The translations under genes were made by a program, and so were the position numbers. Positions 10,893-22,212 of a stretch of 64,000 nucleotides of DNA are shown one piece after another (the stretch's first letter is position 1; each line of letters opens with the position of its first letter). The notes beneath the pieces were generated by a model that made no database searches, was not told the DNA's origin, and saw only the letters and a list, made by a program, of their open reading frames with translations. The stretch is from Candidatus Latescibacterota bacterium (GTDB lineage Bacteria > Latescibacterota > UBA2968 > UBA8231): assembly GCA_965223905.1 (NCBI GenBank), contig CBDCXV010000002.1, positions 384,001 through 448,000 on the forward strand. Direction: 5' to 3'.

Positions 10893-12211
10893 TGGACATC
10901 GGCCTGCTGACCCTCGTCATCGTCCTGGCGATGGCGGCGCTGCTGGTCATGGGCCTGCCCCTGGCGTTCGTCACCGGGACGGTCGCGGTCACCGTCGGGC
11001 TGCTGAAGTTCGGCCCGAGCGTGCTCGGCCTCATCGCCAGCCGCATCTACAGCTTCATGAGCGAGTACGTCCTCGTCGCCGTGCCGATGTTCATCCTGAT
11101 GGCGTCGCTGATGGAGCGCACCGGCGTCGCCCGCGACCTCTACCGCGCCATGCACGTGTGGGCCGGCGGCCTGCGCGGCGGCCTCGCGGTGCAGACCCTG
11201 CTGGCGGCGATGCTCATGGCGGCGATGACCGGCATCATCGGGGGGGAGATCGTCCTCCTCGGGATGATCGCCCTGCCGCAGATGCTGCGCCTGGGGTACA
11301 ACAAGAACATCGCCATCGGCACCATATGCGCCGGGGGCTCGCTGGGCACGATGATCCCGCCGAGCGTGGTGCTCATCATCTACGGCCTGACCGCCAACGT
11401 CCCCATCGGCGACCTGTTCCTGGCGACTATCGCCCCCGCCTTCGTCCTCGCCGGGCTCTACCTGTTCTACATCCTGGTGCGCTGCAACCTCAACCCGAAG
11501 CTCGGACCGCCGGCGCCGCCGGAGGAGCGGAGCATGCCGGTGCGGGAGAAGCTCGCCCTGTTCAAGGACCTCGTCCTGCCGCTGAGCGTCGCCGCCTGGG
11601 TGCTGGGCAGCATCTACGCAGGCATCGCCTCGGTCAGCGAGGCCGCGGGCATGGGGGTCGTCGGCACCGTTGTCGCCGCCCTGGTGCGCAGGGAGCTGTC
11701 CTGGAAGGTCGTGCGCGACTCGATCCGGCAGACGATGAACACCTGCGGCATGCTGCTGTGGCTGACCTTCGGGGCAACCGCCCTGATCGGCGTGTACAAC
11801 CTCCTCGGCGGGATGCACTTCGTCCGCTCGGCGGTGACCGGCCTCGACCTGGCCCCGGTGTTCGTCATCGCCGTCATGATGGCCATCCTCGTCGTCATGG
11901 GCCTGTTCATGGACTGGGTCGGCATCCTCCTGCTCACGGTGCCGATCTTCGTGCCGATCGTATCCGCCCTCGGGTACGACCCGGTCTGGTTCGGGGTGCT
12001 GTTCTGCATGAACATGCAGGTCTCCTACCTGTCCCCGCCGTTCGGCCCGGCCGCCTTCTACCTCAAGGGGGTGGCCCCTCCCGGGATCAGCCTGCAGGAC
12101 ATCTTCGCCGGAGTCTTGCCCTTCATCGCTCTGCAGCTGATCGGTCTCGGCCTGGTGCTGGCCTTTCCCAACATCGCCCTGTGGCTGCCCCGCCTGGTGT
12201 ACGGCGGGTAG
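10892..12211 (+). CDS. dctM: TRAP transporter large permease
   Basis: GGSLGTMIPPS and SPPFG motifs; polytopic membrane protein. Confidence 0.92.
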   Translation: MDIGLLTLVIVLAMAALLVMGLPLAFVTGTVAVTVGLLKFGPSVLGLIASRIYSFMSEYVLVAVPMFILMASLMERTGVARDLYRAMHVWAGGLRGGLAVQTLLAAMLMAAMTGIIGGEIVLLGMIALPQMLRLGYNKNIAIGTICAGGSLGTMIPPSVVLIIYGLTANVPIGDLFLATIAPAFVLAGLYLFYILVRCNLNPKLGPPAPPEERSMPVREKLALFKDLVLPLSVAAWVLGSIYAGIASVSEAAGMGVVGTVVAALVRRELSWKVVRDSIRQTMNTCGMLLWLTFGATALIGVYNLLGGMHFVRSAVTGLDLAPVFVIAVMMAILVVMGLFMDWVGILLLTVPIFVPIVSALGYDPVWFGVLFCMNMQVSYLSPPFGPAAFYLKGVAPPGISLQDIFAGVLPFIALQLIGLGLVLAFPNIALWLPRLVYGG

Positions 12212-12419
12212 GGCCGGGGTTCCCCAAAAACCGGGCTGACCCCGGGCGGGCAGCTATTCGCGAACCGGAGGGTTGCATTAAGAAGAGGGCTTCTATTTCC
12301 CATGGGATGCGAGAAGCGCGACCGGTTTTTTCTCAGTTGACTTGCATTTTGCGGGAACCGGCCTGTTACAATTACAATAAAGCCAGAACCCTCCCCCGGC
12401 AGTATAGAAAGGGCCGGAC

Positions 12420-12962
12420 ATGAACGATAAATTGATGATCTCAGTTTTTCTGATGAGCTTGGCGGTCGCTCGCGCCGGATGGGCAGCGGCGCCGGCGGCC
12501 CCGGATTCCGTCTGGACGGAGGACGGCGGGGTTCCCGGGTTCGTGGTTGTGGTATGGCCATCGGTTCCGAATGCCGATGGATACCGGATCTACCTGGAGC
12601 TCGCAGTGACCACGGACGCGAACCCGGAGGGCGAAATCGTGCAACTCGAGTCCCCCGAGTACGCTCTGATCCAGTGGGGCTACGTAGAACAACAGGAAGG
12701 GGTGATTCGGGCGGTGGTCGCCAACTTCGGGACGGCTGCGTCGCTTGGTGTGGCCACCGTTCAAGGCGGTCAGGAGTCATCGACGACATGGTACGGGGGA
12801 GCAGATTTCAACCTGGACGGCCGCGTAGATTTGGATGACTTCTTCCTTTTCGCGGATGCCTTCGGAACCGACCGTCAACCATTCGACCTCAACCGGGACC
12901 TGAAGGTGGACTTGGCTGACTTCTCACTGTTTGCCGACGCCTTCGGCAGGAAGCAACGGTAG
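12420..12962 (+). CDS. Secreted protein with C-terminal dockerin/EF-hand-like duplicated motif
   Basis: Signal peptide; DFNLDGRVDLDDFFLFADAFG and DLNRDLKVDLADFSLFADAFG. Confidence 0.7.
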   Translation: MNDKLMISVFLMSLAVARAGWAAAPAAPDSVWTEDGGVPGFVVVVWPSVPNADGYRIYLELAVTTDANPEGEIVQLESPEYALIQWGYVEQQEGVIRAVVANFGTAASLGVATVQGGQESSTTWYGGADFNLDGRVDLDDFFLFADAFGTDRQPFDLNRDLKVDLADFSLFADAFGRKQR

Positions 12963-13117
12963 CTTTCAGGCGTGCAGTGGAGGGTTCGCAGGAATAACCC
13001 GACCCCTCCAAACCCCTGGAGGTTTGTTGCCCGTAAAGGGTTCGCCCCTCCCGGCAGCCTGCAGGCCCTCGACCCCCCCGACCTCGGCGCAAGCATCCTG
13101 AACCTGGCCGCAGGGGA

Positions 13118-14074
13118 CTACCCCCGGGCCAGCAGCTCCTCGACCTCGGCTCGCAGCGGCATCGAGTCCTGCACGCCGGGCCGAGTGACCGCCAGGGCCC
13201 CGGCCGCGGCGGCGAAGGTGACGGCGTCGCGCAGGTTCCTGCCCTCGGCGAGGGCGACGGCGAGGGCGACCGCGAGGGCGCCGTGGAAGGCGTCTCCCGC
13301 CGAGGTAGTGTCGACGGCTTCGACGGCAAAGGGAGGGACGAACCCCTCCTCATCGCCGCTTCTGTAGTAAGCCCCCAGCTCCGCCATCTTTATCACCGCG
13401 GCAGGTGCCCCCCGTTGGAGAAGCAGGCCGGCGGCTCGAGCGGCGGACTCCACACTGTCGACGGCGACGCCGACCAAAAACTCCGCTTCCGTCTGGTTCG
13501 GCGCGACAATATCGAACGCCGCAAAAGCTTCCTCCGGGATGTCGGCAGCCGGGGCCGGGTCGAGGATGACGCGGACGTTCCGGTCCCTGGCGGCCCGCGC
13601 CGCCCGCAGGGACACCTCGAGAGGGATCTCCATCTGCAACAGCAGGACGTCGGTGTCCGGCAGGGCGGCTTCGACCGCCCGCAGCTGCTCGCCGCCGCAG
13701 CGCAGGTTGGCCCCGTAGGTCGCCAGGACGCGGTTCTGGCCGCTGCCGTCGACGAGGATGACGCCGACTCCGGACGCCGCTTCCGGATCGACTGCGACGT
13801 CCGCAGTGTCGACCCCGTGCGAGCGCAGGGATTCGAGGAGGGCGGGGCCGAAGAGGTCGTCGCCGACGCGCCCCACCATTTTGACGCGCGCACCCTGGCG
13901 GGAGGCGGCCACCGCCTGGGTCGCCCCCTTGCCGCCCGGGGAGCTGTAGAAGCACTCGCCGCGCAGGGTCTGGCCGGGGGCCGGCAGGGTCCCGGCACGG
14001 GTGATCAGCCCCATGTGGATGCCGCCGAGGACGAGGACGCGGGGGGTGGTGGATGCCGCTGTTACGAGCTTCAC
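13118..14074 (-). CDS. rbsK: Ribokinase / PfkB family sugar kinase
   Basis: PGGKGATQA, PNQTEA and DTTSAGDAF motifs. Confidence 0.85.
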   Translation of the reverse strand: MKLVTAASTTPRVLVLGGIHMGLITRAGTLPAPGQTLRGECFYSSPGGKGATQAVAASRQGARVKMVGRVGDDLFGPALLESLRSHGVDTADVAVDPEAASGVGVILVDGSGQNRVLATYGANLRCGGEQLRAVEAALPDTDVLLLQMEIPLEVSLRAARAARDRNVRVILDPAPAADIPEEAFAAFDIVAPNQTEAEFLVGVAVDSVESAARAAGLLLQRGAPAAVIKMAELGAYYRSGDEEGFVPPFAVEAVDTTSAGDAFHGALAVALAVALAEGRNLRDAVTFAAAAGALAVTRPGVQDSMPLRAEVEELLARG

Positions 14075-14081
14075 GGCCCGC

Positions 14082-15320
14082 CTATCCGCAGATCACCGGA
14101 TTCGGGCGGGCGCTGTACCCCCCCGGCTTGTAGGGAAACCGCTTCTCGAGATCGGGGGCCAGCTCCATGCCGAACCCGGGCCGGTCCGGCAGGTCCATGT
14201 AGCCGTCCACCACCACCAGCGGATCGGTGAAGATCTCGGTGCGCAGCGGGTCCCAGGTCTCGAACTGCTCCAGCATCAGCGCGTTCGGGCTGGCGGCCAC
14301 GAGGGCGGCGTTGGCGAGGGTGCAGCTGCCGTCCCCCCAGTTGTGGGGGCAGAACGGCCTGCCGTGCGAGGCCGCCATGCGCACCACCCTCCAGGCTTCC
14401 ATCAGGCCGATGCGGCCGGCGTCGGGCTGCGGCATCTCGATGGCGCCGCGGTCGACCCACTCCTTGAGCTCGTGGCTGTTCCAGCAGGACTCGCCCCCCG
14501 AGATCATCACGGTCGGCAGCGCCTCCTGCAGCTGGAGGTAGCGGTCGAAGGCGTCCTCCCCCTGGCGGCTCATCGGCTCCTCGAACCAGGTGAAGCGCAG
14601 CTCTTCGAGGACGGGTGCGAGCTGCAGGGCCTCCTCCAGCGACCAGGGGCGCAGCTCGAGGGCGAGGTCGAAGCCGTCCCCGACCGCGCCGCGCACGCGC
14701 TCGAGCCAGGGGATGAACTTGTCGACCGTCATGCCGCTGAACTCCCACTCGGTGCCGGGGCGGAACTTGTAGGCGGTGAACCCCTGCTCCTTCATCGCCG
14801 CGGCCTCCTCGACCAGCTGCTCGGGGCGGTCGTACCAGGCGTACTTGACGCCGGCGCTGGCGTACACGCGCAGGCGCGTATTCGGCTCGGCGTCGACGGC
14901 GAGAAGGTCGTACACCGGCCGGCCGGTGAGCTTGCCGATGAGGTCGAAGAGGGCGGCTTCGGCTCCGGCCCAGGCGCAGCGGCCGATGCTGGTGGCGCCG
15001 CCCCAGGCGAGGCGGTCGAGGTCGAAGGGGTTCTTCCCGATCAGGCTGGGGCCGACCACCACCTCGAGGTATTGCTTTACCGGCAGGCAGCACCCGCCCC
15101 CGCTGTAGCGGCTGGCGCCGCCGAGGCCGACGACCCCTTGGTCGGTGTGGATCCGGACGATGATGGAGTCGGACTTCCACCAGATGTTGCGGACGACGAG
15201 CAGCTGCTCCTCGGGCGGGTACTCGCAGGTGAGAAGGGTGACCTCGAGCCCGGTGATGACGGCGTTCTGGCGCTCGATTCCCTCGAGCGGATGCAGGCGG
15301 TTTCGCTGGGGTTGGTTCAT
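14082..15320 (-). CDS. Mandelate racemase/muconate lactonizing enzyme family protein
   Basis: ALFDLIGK, WFEEP, GES, QPD and PGFG motifs. Confidence 0.88.
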   Translation of the reverse strand: MNQPQRNRLHPLEGIERQNAVITGLEVTLLTCEYPPEEQLLVVRNIWWKSDSIIVRIHTDQGVVGLGGASRYSGGGCCLPVKQYLEVVVGPSLIGKNPFDLDRLAWGGATSIGRCAWAGAEAALFDLIGKLTGRPVYDLLAVDAEPNTRLRVYASAGVKYAWYDRPEQLVEEAAAMKEQGFTAYKFRPGTEWEFSGMTVDKFIPWLERVRGAVGDGFDLALELRPWSLEEALQLAPVLEELRFTWFEEPMSRQGEDAFDRYLQLQEALPTVMISGGESCWNSHELKEWVDRGAIEMPQPDAGRIGLMEAWRVVRMAASHGRPFCPHNWGDGSCTLANAALVAASPNALMLEQFETWDPLRTEIFTDPLVVVDGYMDLPDRPGFGMELAPDLEKRFPYKPGGYSARPNPVICG

Positions 15321-15478
15321 GGCTCGGCTTTCGCTGGGGTTGCGGGATCGCCACAATCAAAGCGGAAAGCCGGGGCGCTCAAAGTTTCCAGGCGCCTGGA
15401 ACGGGGCGCCTGCCGCGAATGCTACAAATGCGTTACGGCAAGTACGCGCGGCCGGATCATTGCCGAACTTTAATGGCG

Positions 15479-15679
15479 ATGACGAAAACGCGAACGGACA
15501 TCCCCACCGCAACCGGATGGGTCGAGCTGCGATCCGCGGCCCAGGTCCGCCTGATCGAAGAGCTGGCCTCGGACCCGGAGCTCATGCAGCCGAAGCTCTC
15601 CGGCATCGACCGCTGCCGCGAGTGGAACGCCCGGGCTACCGGAGCCATTCCCGCGGTCGTCGAAAGGTTCGTCGACTGA
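15479..15679 (+). CDS. Small hypothetical protein
   Basis: Host-like codon usage; TGATG coupling to the HAD gene. Confidence 0.45.
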   Translation: MTKTRTDIPTATGWVELRSAAQVRLIEELASDPELMQPKLSGIDRCREWNARATGAIPAVVERFVD

Positions 15680-16404
15680 TGAAGAAGAAACCGGATCTTG
15701 CCGCCGCCCAAAGCCCGGCCCGGCCCGAGGGAAAGGGGCCGGGGCAGGTTGAGTCGCTGTGGCTGGATTTCGACGGCACTCTCTGGAACAACCAGAAGGC
15801 TTGCGTCCGGCAGCTCGAGTTCGCCCTGCGCGTCCTCGGCATCGACGGGGACGCGCGCTCCGTCTGGCTGAAGGCCCACGAGGCCAACCCGTCGCGCGCG
15901 CTCTTTGACTTCTTCCGCAGCCGCAAGCACGTCGGCAAGGTGTCGCGAAAGCCGATCGAGTCCTGGCGCTTCCTGCGCAACATGCACGAAATGGCGATGC
16001 GCGGCTCGCGCCCGTTCCCGCTGCTGGACGCCTACGCGTACGCGCTGGAGTACTTCGAAGTGGCGATCGTCAGCTCGAACAAGAAGAAGGTGATCGCCAA
16101 GGCCCTGCAGGAGCACGGCCTGCAGGACCCCCACGTCTACAGCTGCGGCAAGAAGAACAAGAGGAAGAAGTTCGCCAGGCTGCTGGGGGAGATCGGAAAG
16201 CCCGGGAAGGTGCTGGTGGTCAGCGACACCACCGGCGACCTCCGCTTCGCCGACGATCAGGGGATCCCGACCATCGGGGCCGGCTGGGGACTGCACGGGG
16301 CGGAGAAGCTGCGCGCCGAGAAGCTCGAGCACGGCCTCGGGGTGCTCGACGAGCCGCAGGAGCTGCTGCCGCGCCTGCGCGAGCTGCGCTGCGAGGGAGG
16401 GTGA
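15679..16404 (+). CDS. HAD family hydrolase (phosphoglycolate phosphatase-like)
   Basis: DFDGTL motif I, VSSN motif II, SD...D motif IV, WG tail. Confidence 0.8.
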   Translation: MKKKPDLAAAQSPARPEGKGPGQVESLWLDFDGTLWNNQKACVRQLEFALRVLGIDGDARSVWLKAHEANPSRALFDFFRSRKHVGKVSRKPIESWRFLRNMHEMAMRGSRPFPLLDAYAYALEYFEVAIVSSNKKKVIAKALQEHGLQDPHVYSCGKKNKRKKFARLLGEIGKPGKVLVVSDTTGDLRFADDQGIPTIGAGWGLHGAEKLRAEKLEHGLGVLDEPQELLPRLRELRCEGG

Positions 16405-16611
16405 GGGCTGCTATTCTGGATTGGTGGAGTCAAAGTTTTCCGGCCGCGCTAATTAGCATGATGACGACTAAACCCGGGCAGTTACTCAACGTCAATCCGC
16501 ACCCGAATTTTGGATTCCTCCACGACCCACAGCTGCGGTCGAAAAACTAATCAGACAATATTTACGCGTTGAAAATAGGGAAAATGGCGGTCGAAATCGC
16601 TCATTTCGCCT

Positions 16612-17250
16612 CTACCATGGCTTCTTGTCAAGATCAGACAGCATAATAGGTATCCTGTATCCATATTTCGCTACAACCAATTCCACATTCTCTACCAACA
16701 AAGGTGACGCTTTTGGTTGAATATAGATCGAATCTATTAGTTGTATAGGATCGATTTCTAAGGTCCATCCATTATGTGCCATAGCCACTCTCTTGTCCGA
16801 CTCCTGTTCAAGAAGGAAATCAGTGCTGAAGGCCCTCACTTCTTCTTCATGGCTAAATTCTTGTCGCTTGTAAAGGACGGGCCGTAGGTGATGGCTCTCT
16901 ACAGTTTCGTAATTATCTACAAATTCATCCAGTCTATCTACATATTCCCTCGGGTCAAAAAAATCAAGGTAGTGAACGAAGCCGACGAATACAGAATTGG
17001 GCATTACAGATAGTCTCGATATTGTTTTCTGCCGATCAGCCCCCTGCTGGAGGGCCAAATACTTCATGATCGACGGATATCCTTCATATGGATCGTCAAA
17101 ATCCTTCAAGCGTGCAAAGTGAATTTTGCCGGTCTGGATTAAATGGAGAAATTTGGGCAAATCTAAATACCGCCACAATAATGCATCGTCTAAGCCTATA
17201 GTCTCTGGCTGGCGGTCTTGCACGATAGCGTGCTTTGTATTAGCTGGCAT
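16612..17250 (-). CDS. DUF2971-like protein (low GC, possibly internally deleted)
   Basis: LWRYLD..KF, F.DPYEG and K...F.HE.E.R motifs; central AMW motif not seen. Confidence 0.55.
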   Translation of the reverse strand: MPANTKHAIVQDRQPETIGLDDALLWRYLDLPKFLHLIQTGKIHFARLKDFDDPYEGYPSIMKYLALQQGADRQKTISRLSVMPNSVFVGFVHYLDFFDPREYVDRLDEFVDNYETVESHHLRPVLYKRQEFSHEEEVRAFSTDFLLEQESDKRVAMAHNGWTLEIDPIQLIDSIYIQPKASPLLVENVELVVAKYGYRIPIMLSDLDKKPW

Positions 17251-17308
17251 TAGTCCACCTGAAAATTACTTTAAGCCTTAAGTGCATGGAGAAACCGCGC
17301 TCCGATCT

Positions 17309-17410
17309 TCAGGATATGGTCTCGCGCTTGGCTTTCAAGGCCAACACGACTATCCCGGGATACGCGCTCGGGGGATACGTTCGGATATCCGCGAAGTCCA
17401 TATCAATCAA
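17309..17410 (-). pseudogene. Remnant of DUF5615 (PIN-like) gene
   Basis: DMDFADIRTYPPSAYPGIVVL matches the family C-terminus; N-terminus absent. Confidence 0.5.
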
Positions 17411-17495
17411 GGGAAACGATGGCACGGCCCTACTGAACGCAGACCAACGCGAGATCAGCATCCCTGGCTCATTCCGCATGAACGGCCTCGTTTGA

Positions 17496-18599
17496 TCATT
17501 CGGCCCCGATCCACGCGGAACCGTAGTCGTTATCAAGCTCACGATACATGCTGTGGGCGTGATCTACAGTGCCTTCGCCGTTTTGAATCGAGTATTCTAG
17601 CACCAGGGACGGGCTGGTCACCCGGAAATACGCAGCGCCCAGGACACCCTGCCGGCCCCACCATCCAAAGTAGGTGTCCTCGATCTCGGCCACCACGGTC
17701 TTCATTTTTTCAGCATAGTCGTCATCGTTCATGAAACCCAAACGGGCCTCGATCACATCCAGGAGCAGCGTTCTCTGCATAGTTGTAAGTTCGCTGCCCT
17801 TGATGCCTTCCGGCGCAACTGTTGCGCCATACTTTCCTGGCCCCAGCAAGAGATCGATGGGCTGCTCTGCACGAACGGCTTGTTCTCTCTGTTCGTCCGT
17901 AAGGCTATCCATGAACGCTTGCGCTGCCGCAGTTTCCCTCTGCGTAATGAAGATGTCGTCACCGTCAAGGCGAAAGTGCAGCGGTTGACCGCCGGTCAGC
18001 ATCGGTGAAAAGGAAATGTTCGGCCCGAATACTGTGGCGTTTATTGCGAGATGGTGCCCGCCGAACTGAAACATCCAAGGCTCTGTAGTTGACGGTTCTC
18101 CGAGAAATGCAGCGTAAAAGTACTCACTGCCATATTTCAAGACGCCGGACAAGTCTCCCGAGATCAGCATGTCCTCTGCTGCCAATTGATAAGTGACATT
18201 TTTCATACCGTCTTCACTCAGGAGTTCCCCAAGGAGCTTATCGAGATTCGCCCGCTGTGATTCAGAGAGAACACCGAGCTTTACACCACCACGCGGAACC
18301 ATGCCCTCAGGGAAGTTGGACCAGTTTGAACGCTGTTCGTTATCGCTGAATCGATATGTCACCGCTTGACTCTGATAGTCGTCCAGTGAGTCCAGAAAGA
18401 GCATTGCGGCTGCGACGATGGCCACGGTCTTTTCGTCTGCAGCAGGCACGTCGTGAGCGTGCTTGAGATTCATCTCTACTGGTGAGGGAGCCGTTCCAAA
18501 AAAGACTTGAGGTGCAATATCTGGACGAAAGAACAGGTAGGCGAAAATTGCGGCAACGATAATCGCTGCACCCAGAAGGTAGATCAATACACGTTTCAT
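17496..18599 (-). CDS. DUF3500 family protein with N-terminal membrane anchor
   Basis: R..WSNFP, W..QFGGHHL.IN and H.H...R...NDYG motifs. Confidence 0.8.
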   Translation of the reverse strand: MKRVLIYLLGAAIIVAAIFAYLFFRPDIAPQVFFGTAPSPVEMNLKHAHDVPAADEKTVAIVAAAMLFLDSLDDYQSQAVTYRFSDNEQRSNWSNFPEGMVPRGGVKLGVLSESQRANLDKLLGELLSEDGMKNVTYQLAAEDMLISGDLSGVLKYGSEYFYAAFLGEPSTTEPWMFQFGGHHLAINATVFGPNISFSPMLTGGQPLHFRLDGDDIFITQRETAAAQAFMDSLTDEQREQAVRAEQPIDLLLGPGKYGATVAPEGIKGSELTTMQRTLLLDVIEARLGFMNDDDYAEKMKTVVAEIEDTYFGWWGRQGVLGAAYFRVTSPSLVLEYSIQNGEGTVDHAHSMYRELDNDYGSAWIGAE

Positions 18600-18653
18600 G
18601 GACCCGTGTTGTACATTCTTTCCGTCCTTTTTCGGATGATGTTGTTTGTTACT

Positions 18654-21600
18654 TCATGGCTCCCCGAGCACTTCCAGAAACTCTGCAATCACTTGAAGAT
18701 CCCCTTCATCCGTACCGGTCAGGACGATAGGCTCAAAGTCCGGGTTTACGGGCTTCAGAGTGATTTTCGCATGACGCCACGAATCACCCTCCACCGTCCT
18801 TTCACTTTCGTAACGCTTGACGGTGTAACGCTGGCTGGTCTCAGGATCGATTTGGTCTCGGAGCTCGACGAGGACGGTCTTGCCCTGCCGGCTCCCTTCA
18901 ACCGGGGCGCGGAAGAGACACCAGGAACCGTCCGGGATCGCAGGCTCCATGGACCTGCCGACGACCTGGGCGGCGAACATCCCTCGTCTCAACTGGTGCC
19001 GTGATTCCACGGCCACCCACTCGAAACCATCCTCCTCGATGTGCTGGGGCTCACCAAATGCCCCCGCTGCCGCCTTGAGCGGAACGAGCGGCACACAGCT
19101 CACGTAACGCTCCTCTGAACGGCCTTCCACCACGCGCAGTCCCGCCGGGAAGGCCTGCTCCGTGGGCAGTTCGTCCGATGCGGCCTGATCGGTCCGCAGC
19201 CTTCGATAAGCTTCGGAAGCCATCCAACTGGTGACGATCCGCTGGAAGGAGGAGTCGTTCATGTAGCGGACGAAGATCTCCTCGTTCTGGTCCATGCGTT
19301 CGACGAAGATCCGCTCCAGAAGATTCCTGAACACCAGCTCGAATTTGTCCTCCGGGTTCACCGCGGCTGCCTGACGCAGTCCGTCGTCGCTCATCGCCGC
19401 TTCGACGATCTGGTCGAAGAAGAGCTGGTCCGCCTGGTTGAAGTCGGTACCGAAGCGCTCGTTGACAACGTCAATAAGCTGAGAAAGCGGCAACGCCTCC
19501 TCGTGTACAGCGCCGCTGCCGACCTCGGTTTGCCCATCAAGAGCGTGAGTGTCCCCCCCAGCGAGGGAGATCGAACCCTCACTGATCTTCTGCAGGCGGT
19601 AGTACTCGAGCCGCACCTCGTCATCGAACTGATAGGCGGGACCGCTCCGGCGTCGTGGCAGCTTGGCCGCCAGATGGCGCAGGAACACGTACAGGCGCTC
19701 GAGGTCCGAATCCTGGTACGGGATGATCTGGCTCAGGAAGCCGTACAGGTTGCGGAACGCCTGAGCCTTTCCCCGCCAGAGTTCCGCCTGGTTCTCGTCC
19801 TCCCTCTGCAGATCCTCGAAACGGAATACCGCCGGATCGAGAGCCGCGTTCATCGCCTGATGGTCCTGAGTGCTTTGCCGTTGCTTCGGCTTGAAGTACA
19901 CGGCACAGAACCGCTCGACCTCTTCATCGAGATAGATCCCTGAAGCGTCGAGTTCACCCTTGACCGCGTACATGCGGGCGGGATCCACTTCTTCCCCCAT
20001 CTCCGTCCCTTCGTAGTAGACCTTGAACGCTTCGCGGATCTCTTCGGGGTCGTTTACGAAGTCGAGGACGAAGGCGTCTTCCTTGAGGGGGTGGGTGCGG
20101 TTGAGTCGCGACAGCGTCTGGACCGCCTGGATGCCGGCAAGCCGCTTGTCCACGTACATCGTGTGCAGGAGCGGCTGATCGAACCCGGTCTGGTATTTCT
20201 CCGCGACGAGCAGCACCTGATACTCCTGGGTCGCGAACTTTTCCGGGAGCTCTTTCTGCCGAATCCCGGCGTTCATCTTTTCTTCGGTGTACTCAACGTC
20301 CGGAAGCTTGTCGTCCTGAACCGTTCCCGAGAAGGCGACCAGGGTCTTGATGGCGTATCCCTTCTTCTGGATGTAGCGATCAAAGCTCTGCTTGTAGCGC
20401 ACGGCCTCCAGACGGGAACCGGTGACGACCATGGCTTTAGCGCGTCCGCCGATCTTGTGCCGGGTGAATGCCTGGAAGTGCTCGACCATCACCTCGGTTT
20501 TCTGGGCGATGTTGTGGGGATGCAAGCGCAGAAAGCGCGCCAGCGCGCGGGCTGCGTTCTTCCGCTCGACGTTGGGATCGTCTTCGCAGGCCTTTAACAG
20601 TTTGAAGTAGGTCGCGTACGTGGTGTAGTGCTTGAGCACGTCGAGGATGAACTCTTCCTCTATCGCCTGCCGCATGGTGTAGCGGTGGATCGGTTCCCCG
20701 CCCCGGCCGAACACCGCCAGCGTCTTGTGTTTGGGCGTGGCGGTGAAAGCGAAGAAACTCAGGTTCGCCTGCCGTCCGCGTTTGGCCATGCTGCGGAACA
20801 GCGCCTCCTGGTCCTTGAGGCCTTCTTCCTGTGCGCGTTTACGAGCCTCTTCTTGCAGGTCTTCACCGCCGAGGACTTCCTTGAGATCCGTCGCCGTCTC
20901 CCCTCCCTGCGAGCTGTGGGCTTCGTCCACTATGACGGCGCAGCGTTTAGTGGGAAGTACACCTGTACTCTCAACGCCCTGCTCCTTGGCCATCTTGAGT
21001 AAATGCCGGGAAACAAATGGGAACTTCTGCAGCGTAGTGATGATAATCGGGACGGCGTTTTCCAAGGCTTCAGCGAGCTGTCGGGATCGCTCGTCGATCT
21101 TCTGCACGACCCCGAGCTTGTGCTCGAACTGGTAGATCGTGTCCTGCAGTTGCTGGTCCAGCACAACCCGGTCAGTCACCACGATCACGCTGTCGAAGAC
21201 GCGCTCGTTCGCCTCGTCGTGCAGGGAAGCGAGTCGGTGCGCCAGCCAGCCGATCGTGTTGCTCTTGCCGCTGCCGGCCGAGTGCTCGACGAGGTAGTTG
21301 TTGCCAATGCCCTCGCGACGAGCCTTCCCCACCAGCAGCCGGACCGCGTCGAGCTGGTGGTAGCGCGGGAAGATCATCGACTCGACCTTCACCTTGCGGC
21401 CATGATCGTCGCGTTTCTCCTCGATTTGCAGATGGATAAACCGGGCGAACACGTCGAGCAGGCTGTCCCGGGCGAGCACTTCTTCCCACAGGTAAGCCGT
21501 CCGGTAGCTGCGGCCCGCCGGATCGGGCGGATTACCGGCACCCCCGTCACTTCCCTTGTCGAAGGGCAGGAAGTGAGTCGCGTCTCCGGCCAGCCGAGTG

Positions 21601-22196
21601 GTCATGCGCACGCACTCGGTGTCGACGGCGAAGTGGACGAGCGTACGGCGCTTGAACTCGAAGATCGGCTCGCGGGGATCGCGGTCGCGCCGGTACTGGT
21701 GGATCGCATCCTCTACGGTCAGTCCGGTGAGCGGGTTCTTCAGCTCCACTGTGGCGACGGGAATGCCGTTCAAGCTCACTGTCAGGTCGAGCGACTTCTC
21801 CGAACGGGATGAGAAACGAAGCTGTCGCGTAAGCCCGAGGCGGTTGGCGGCGTAGCGGGCTTCGAGCTCGGGGTTCAATTCATGGGCGGCTTTGAAGAAC
21901 GCCACGTGAAGCGTCCGGCCGTAGCACTTGAAGCCGTGCCGAAGAGTTGCCAGCGAGCCGTTGGCGTCCATCCACTTGCACAGGTCCGTGAGAATCTGCT
22001 CGCCGGTTTGGATGCCGTGGAGCGCTTCCAGCTTGGCCCATTCGACGGGCTGGGTTTCGCGGATGAAAGCGAGGACGGTGTCGGGAAAGATTGCGCGGTC
22101 GCGGTCGAAGCCGTCTCCTGCAATGGAACAGTATCCGTTCTGAAGCAGGTGCGCTTCGATTACGGTCTCGAAGGCGGCTTCACTAATTTGGCTCAC
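18654..22196 (-). CDS. hsdR: Type I restriction endonuclease subunit R with C-terminal S24 (LexA-like) peptidase domain
   Basis: VELKN nuclease motif, [33 protein letters not shown]; C-terminal AAAG...GRSMEP...TVKR. Confidence 0.95.
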   Translation of the reverse strand: MSQISEAAFETVIEAHLLQNGYCSIAGDGFDRDRAIFPDTVLAFIRETQPVEWAKLEALHGIQTGEQILTDLCKWMDANGSLATLRHGFKCYGRTLHVAFFKAAHELNPELEARYAANRLGLTRQLRFSSRSEKSLDLTVSLNGIPVATVELKNPLTGLTVEDAIHQYRRDRDPREPIFEFKRRTLVHFAVDTECVRMTTRLAGDATHFLPFDKGSDGGAGNPPDPAGRSYRTAYLWEEVLARDSLLDVFARFIHLQIEEKRDDHGRKVKVESMIFPRYHQLDAVRLLVGKARREGIGNNYLVEHSAGSGKSNTIGWLAHRLASLHDEANERVFDSVIVVTDRVVLDQQLQDTIYQFEHKLGVVQKIDERSRQLAEALENAVPIIITTLQKFPFVSRHLLKMAKEQGVESTGVLPTKRCAVIVDEAHSSQGGETATDLKEVLGGEDLQEEARKRAQEEGLKDQEALFRSMAKRGRQANLSFFAFTATPKHKTLAVFGRGGEPIHRYTMRQAIEEEFILDVLKHYTTYATYFKLLKACEDDPNVERKNAARALARFLRLHPHNIAQKTEVMVEHFQAFTRHKIGGRAKAMVVTGSRLEAVRYKQSFDRYIQKKGYAIKTLVAFSGTVQDDKLPDVEYTEEKMNAGIRQKELPEKFATQEYQVLLVAEKYQTGFDQPLLHTMYVDKRLAGIQAVQTLSRLNRTHPLKEDAFVLDFVNDPEEIREAFKVYYEGTEMGEEVDPARMYAVKGELDASGIYLDEEVERFCAVYFKPKQRQSTQDHQAMNAALDPAVFRFEDLQREDENQAELWRGKAQAFRNLYGFLSQIIPYQDSDLERLYVFLRHLAAKLPRRRSGPAYQFDDEVRLEYYRLQKISEGSISLAGGDTHALDGQTEVGSGAVHEEALPLSQLIDVVNERFGTDFNQADQLFFDQIVEAAMSDDGLRQAAAVNPEDKFELVFRNLLERIFVERMDQNEEIFVRYMNDSSFQRIVTSWMASEAYRRLRTDQAASDELPTEQAFPAGLRVVEGRSEERYVSCVPLVPLKAAAGAFGEPQHIEEDGFEWVAVESRHQLRRGMFAAQVVGRSMEPAIPDGSWCLFRAPVEGSRQGKTVLVELRDQIDPETSQRYTVKRYESERTVEGDSWRHAKITLKPVNPDFEPIVLTGTDEGDLQVIAEFLEVLGEP

Positions 22197-22212
22197 GTAT
22201 TACCTCCCAGTA

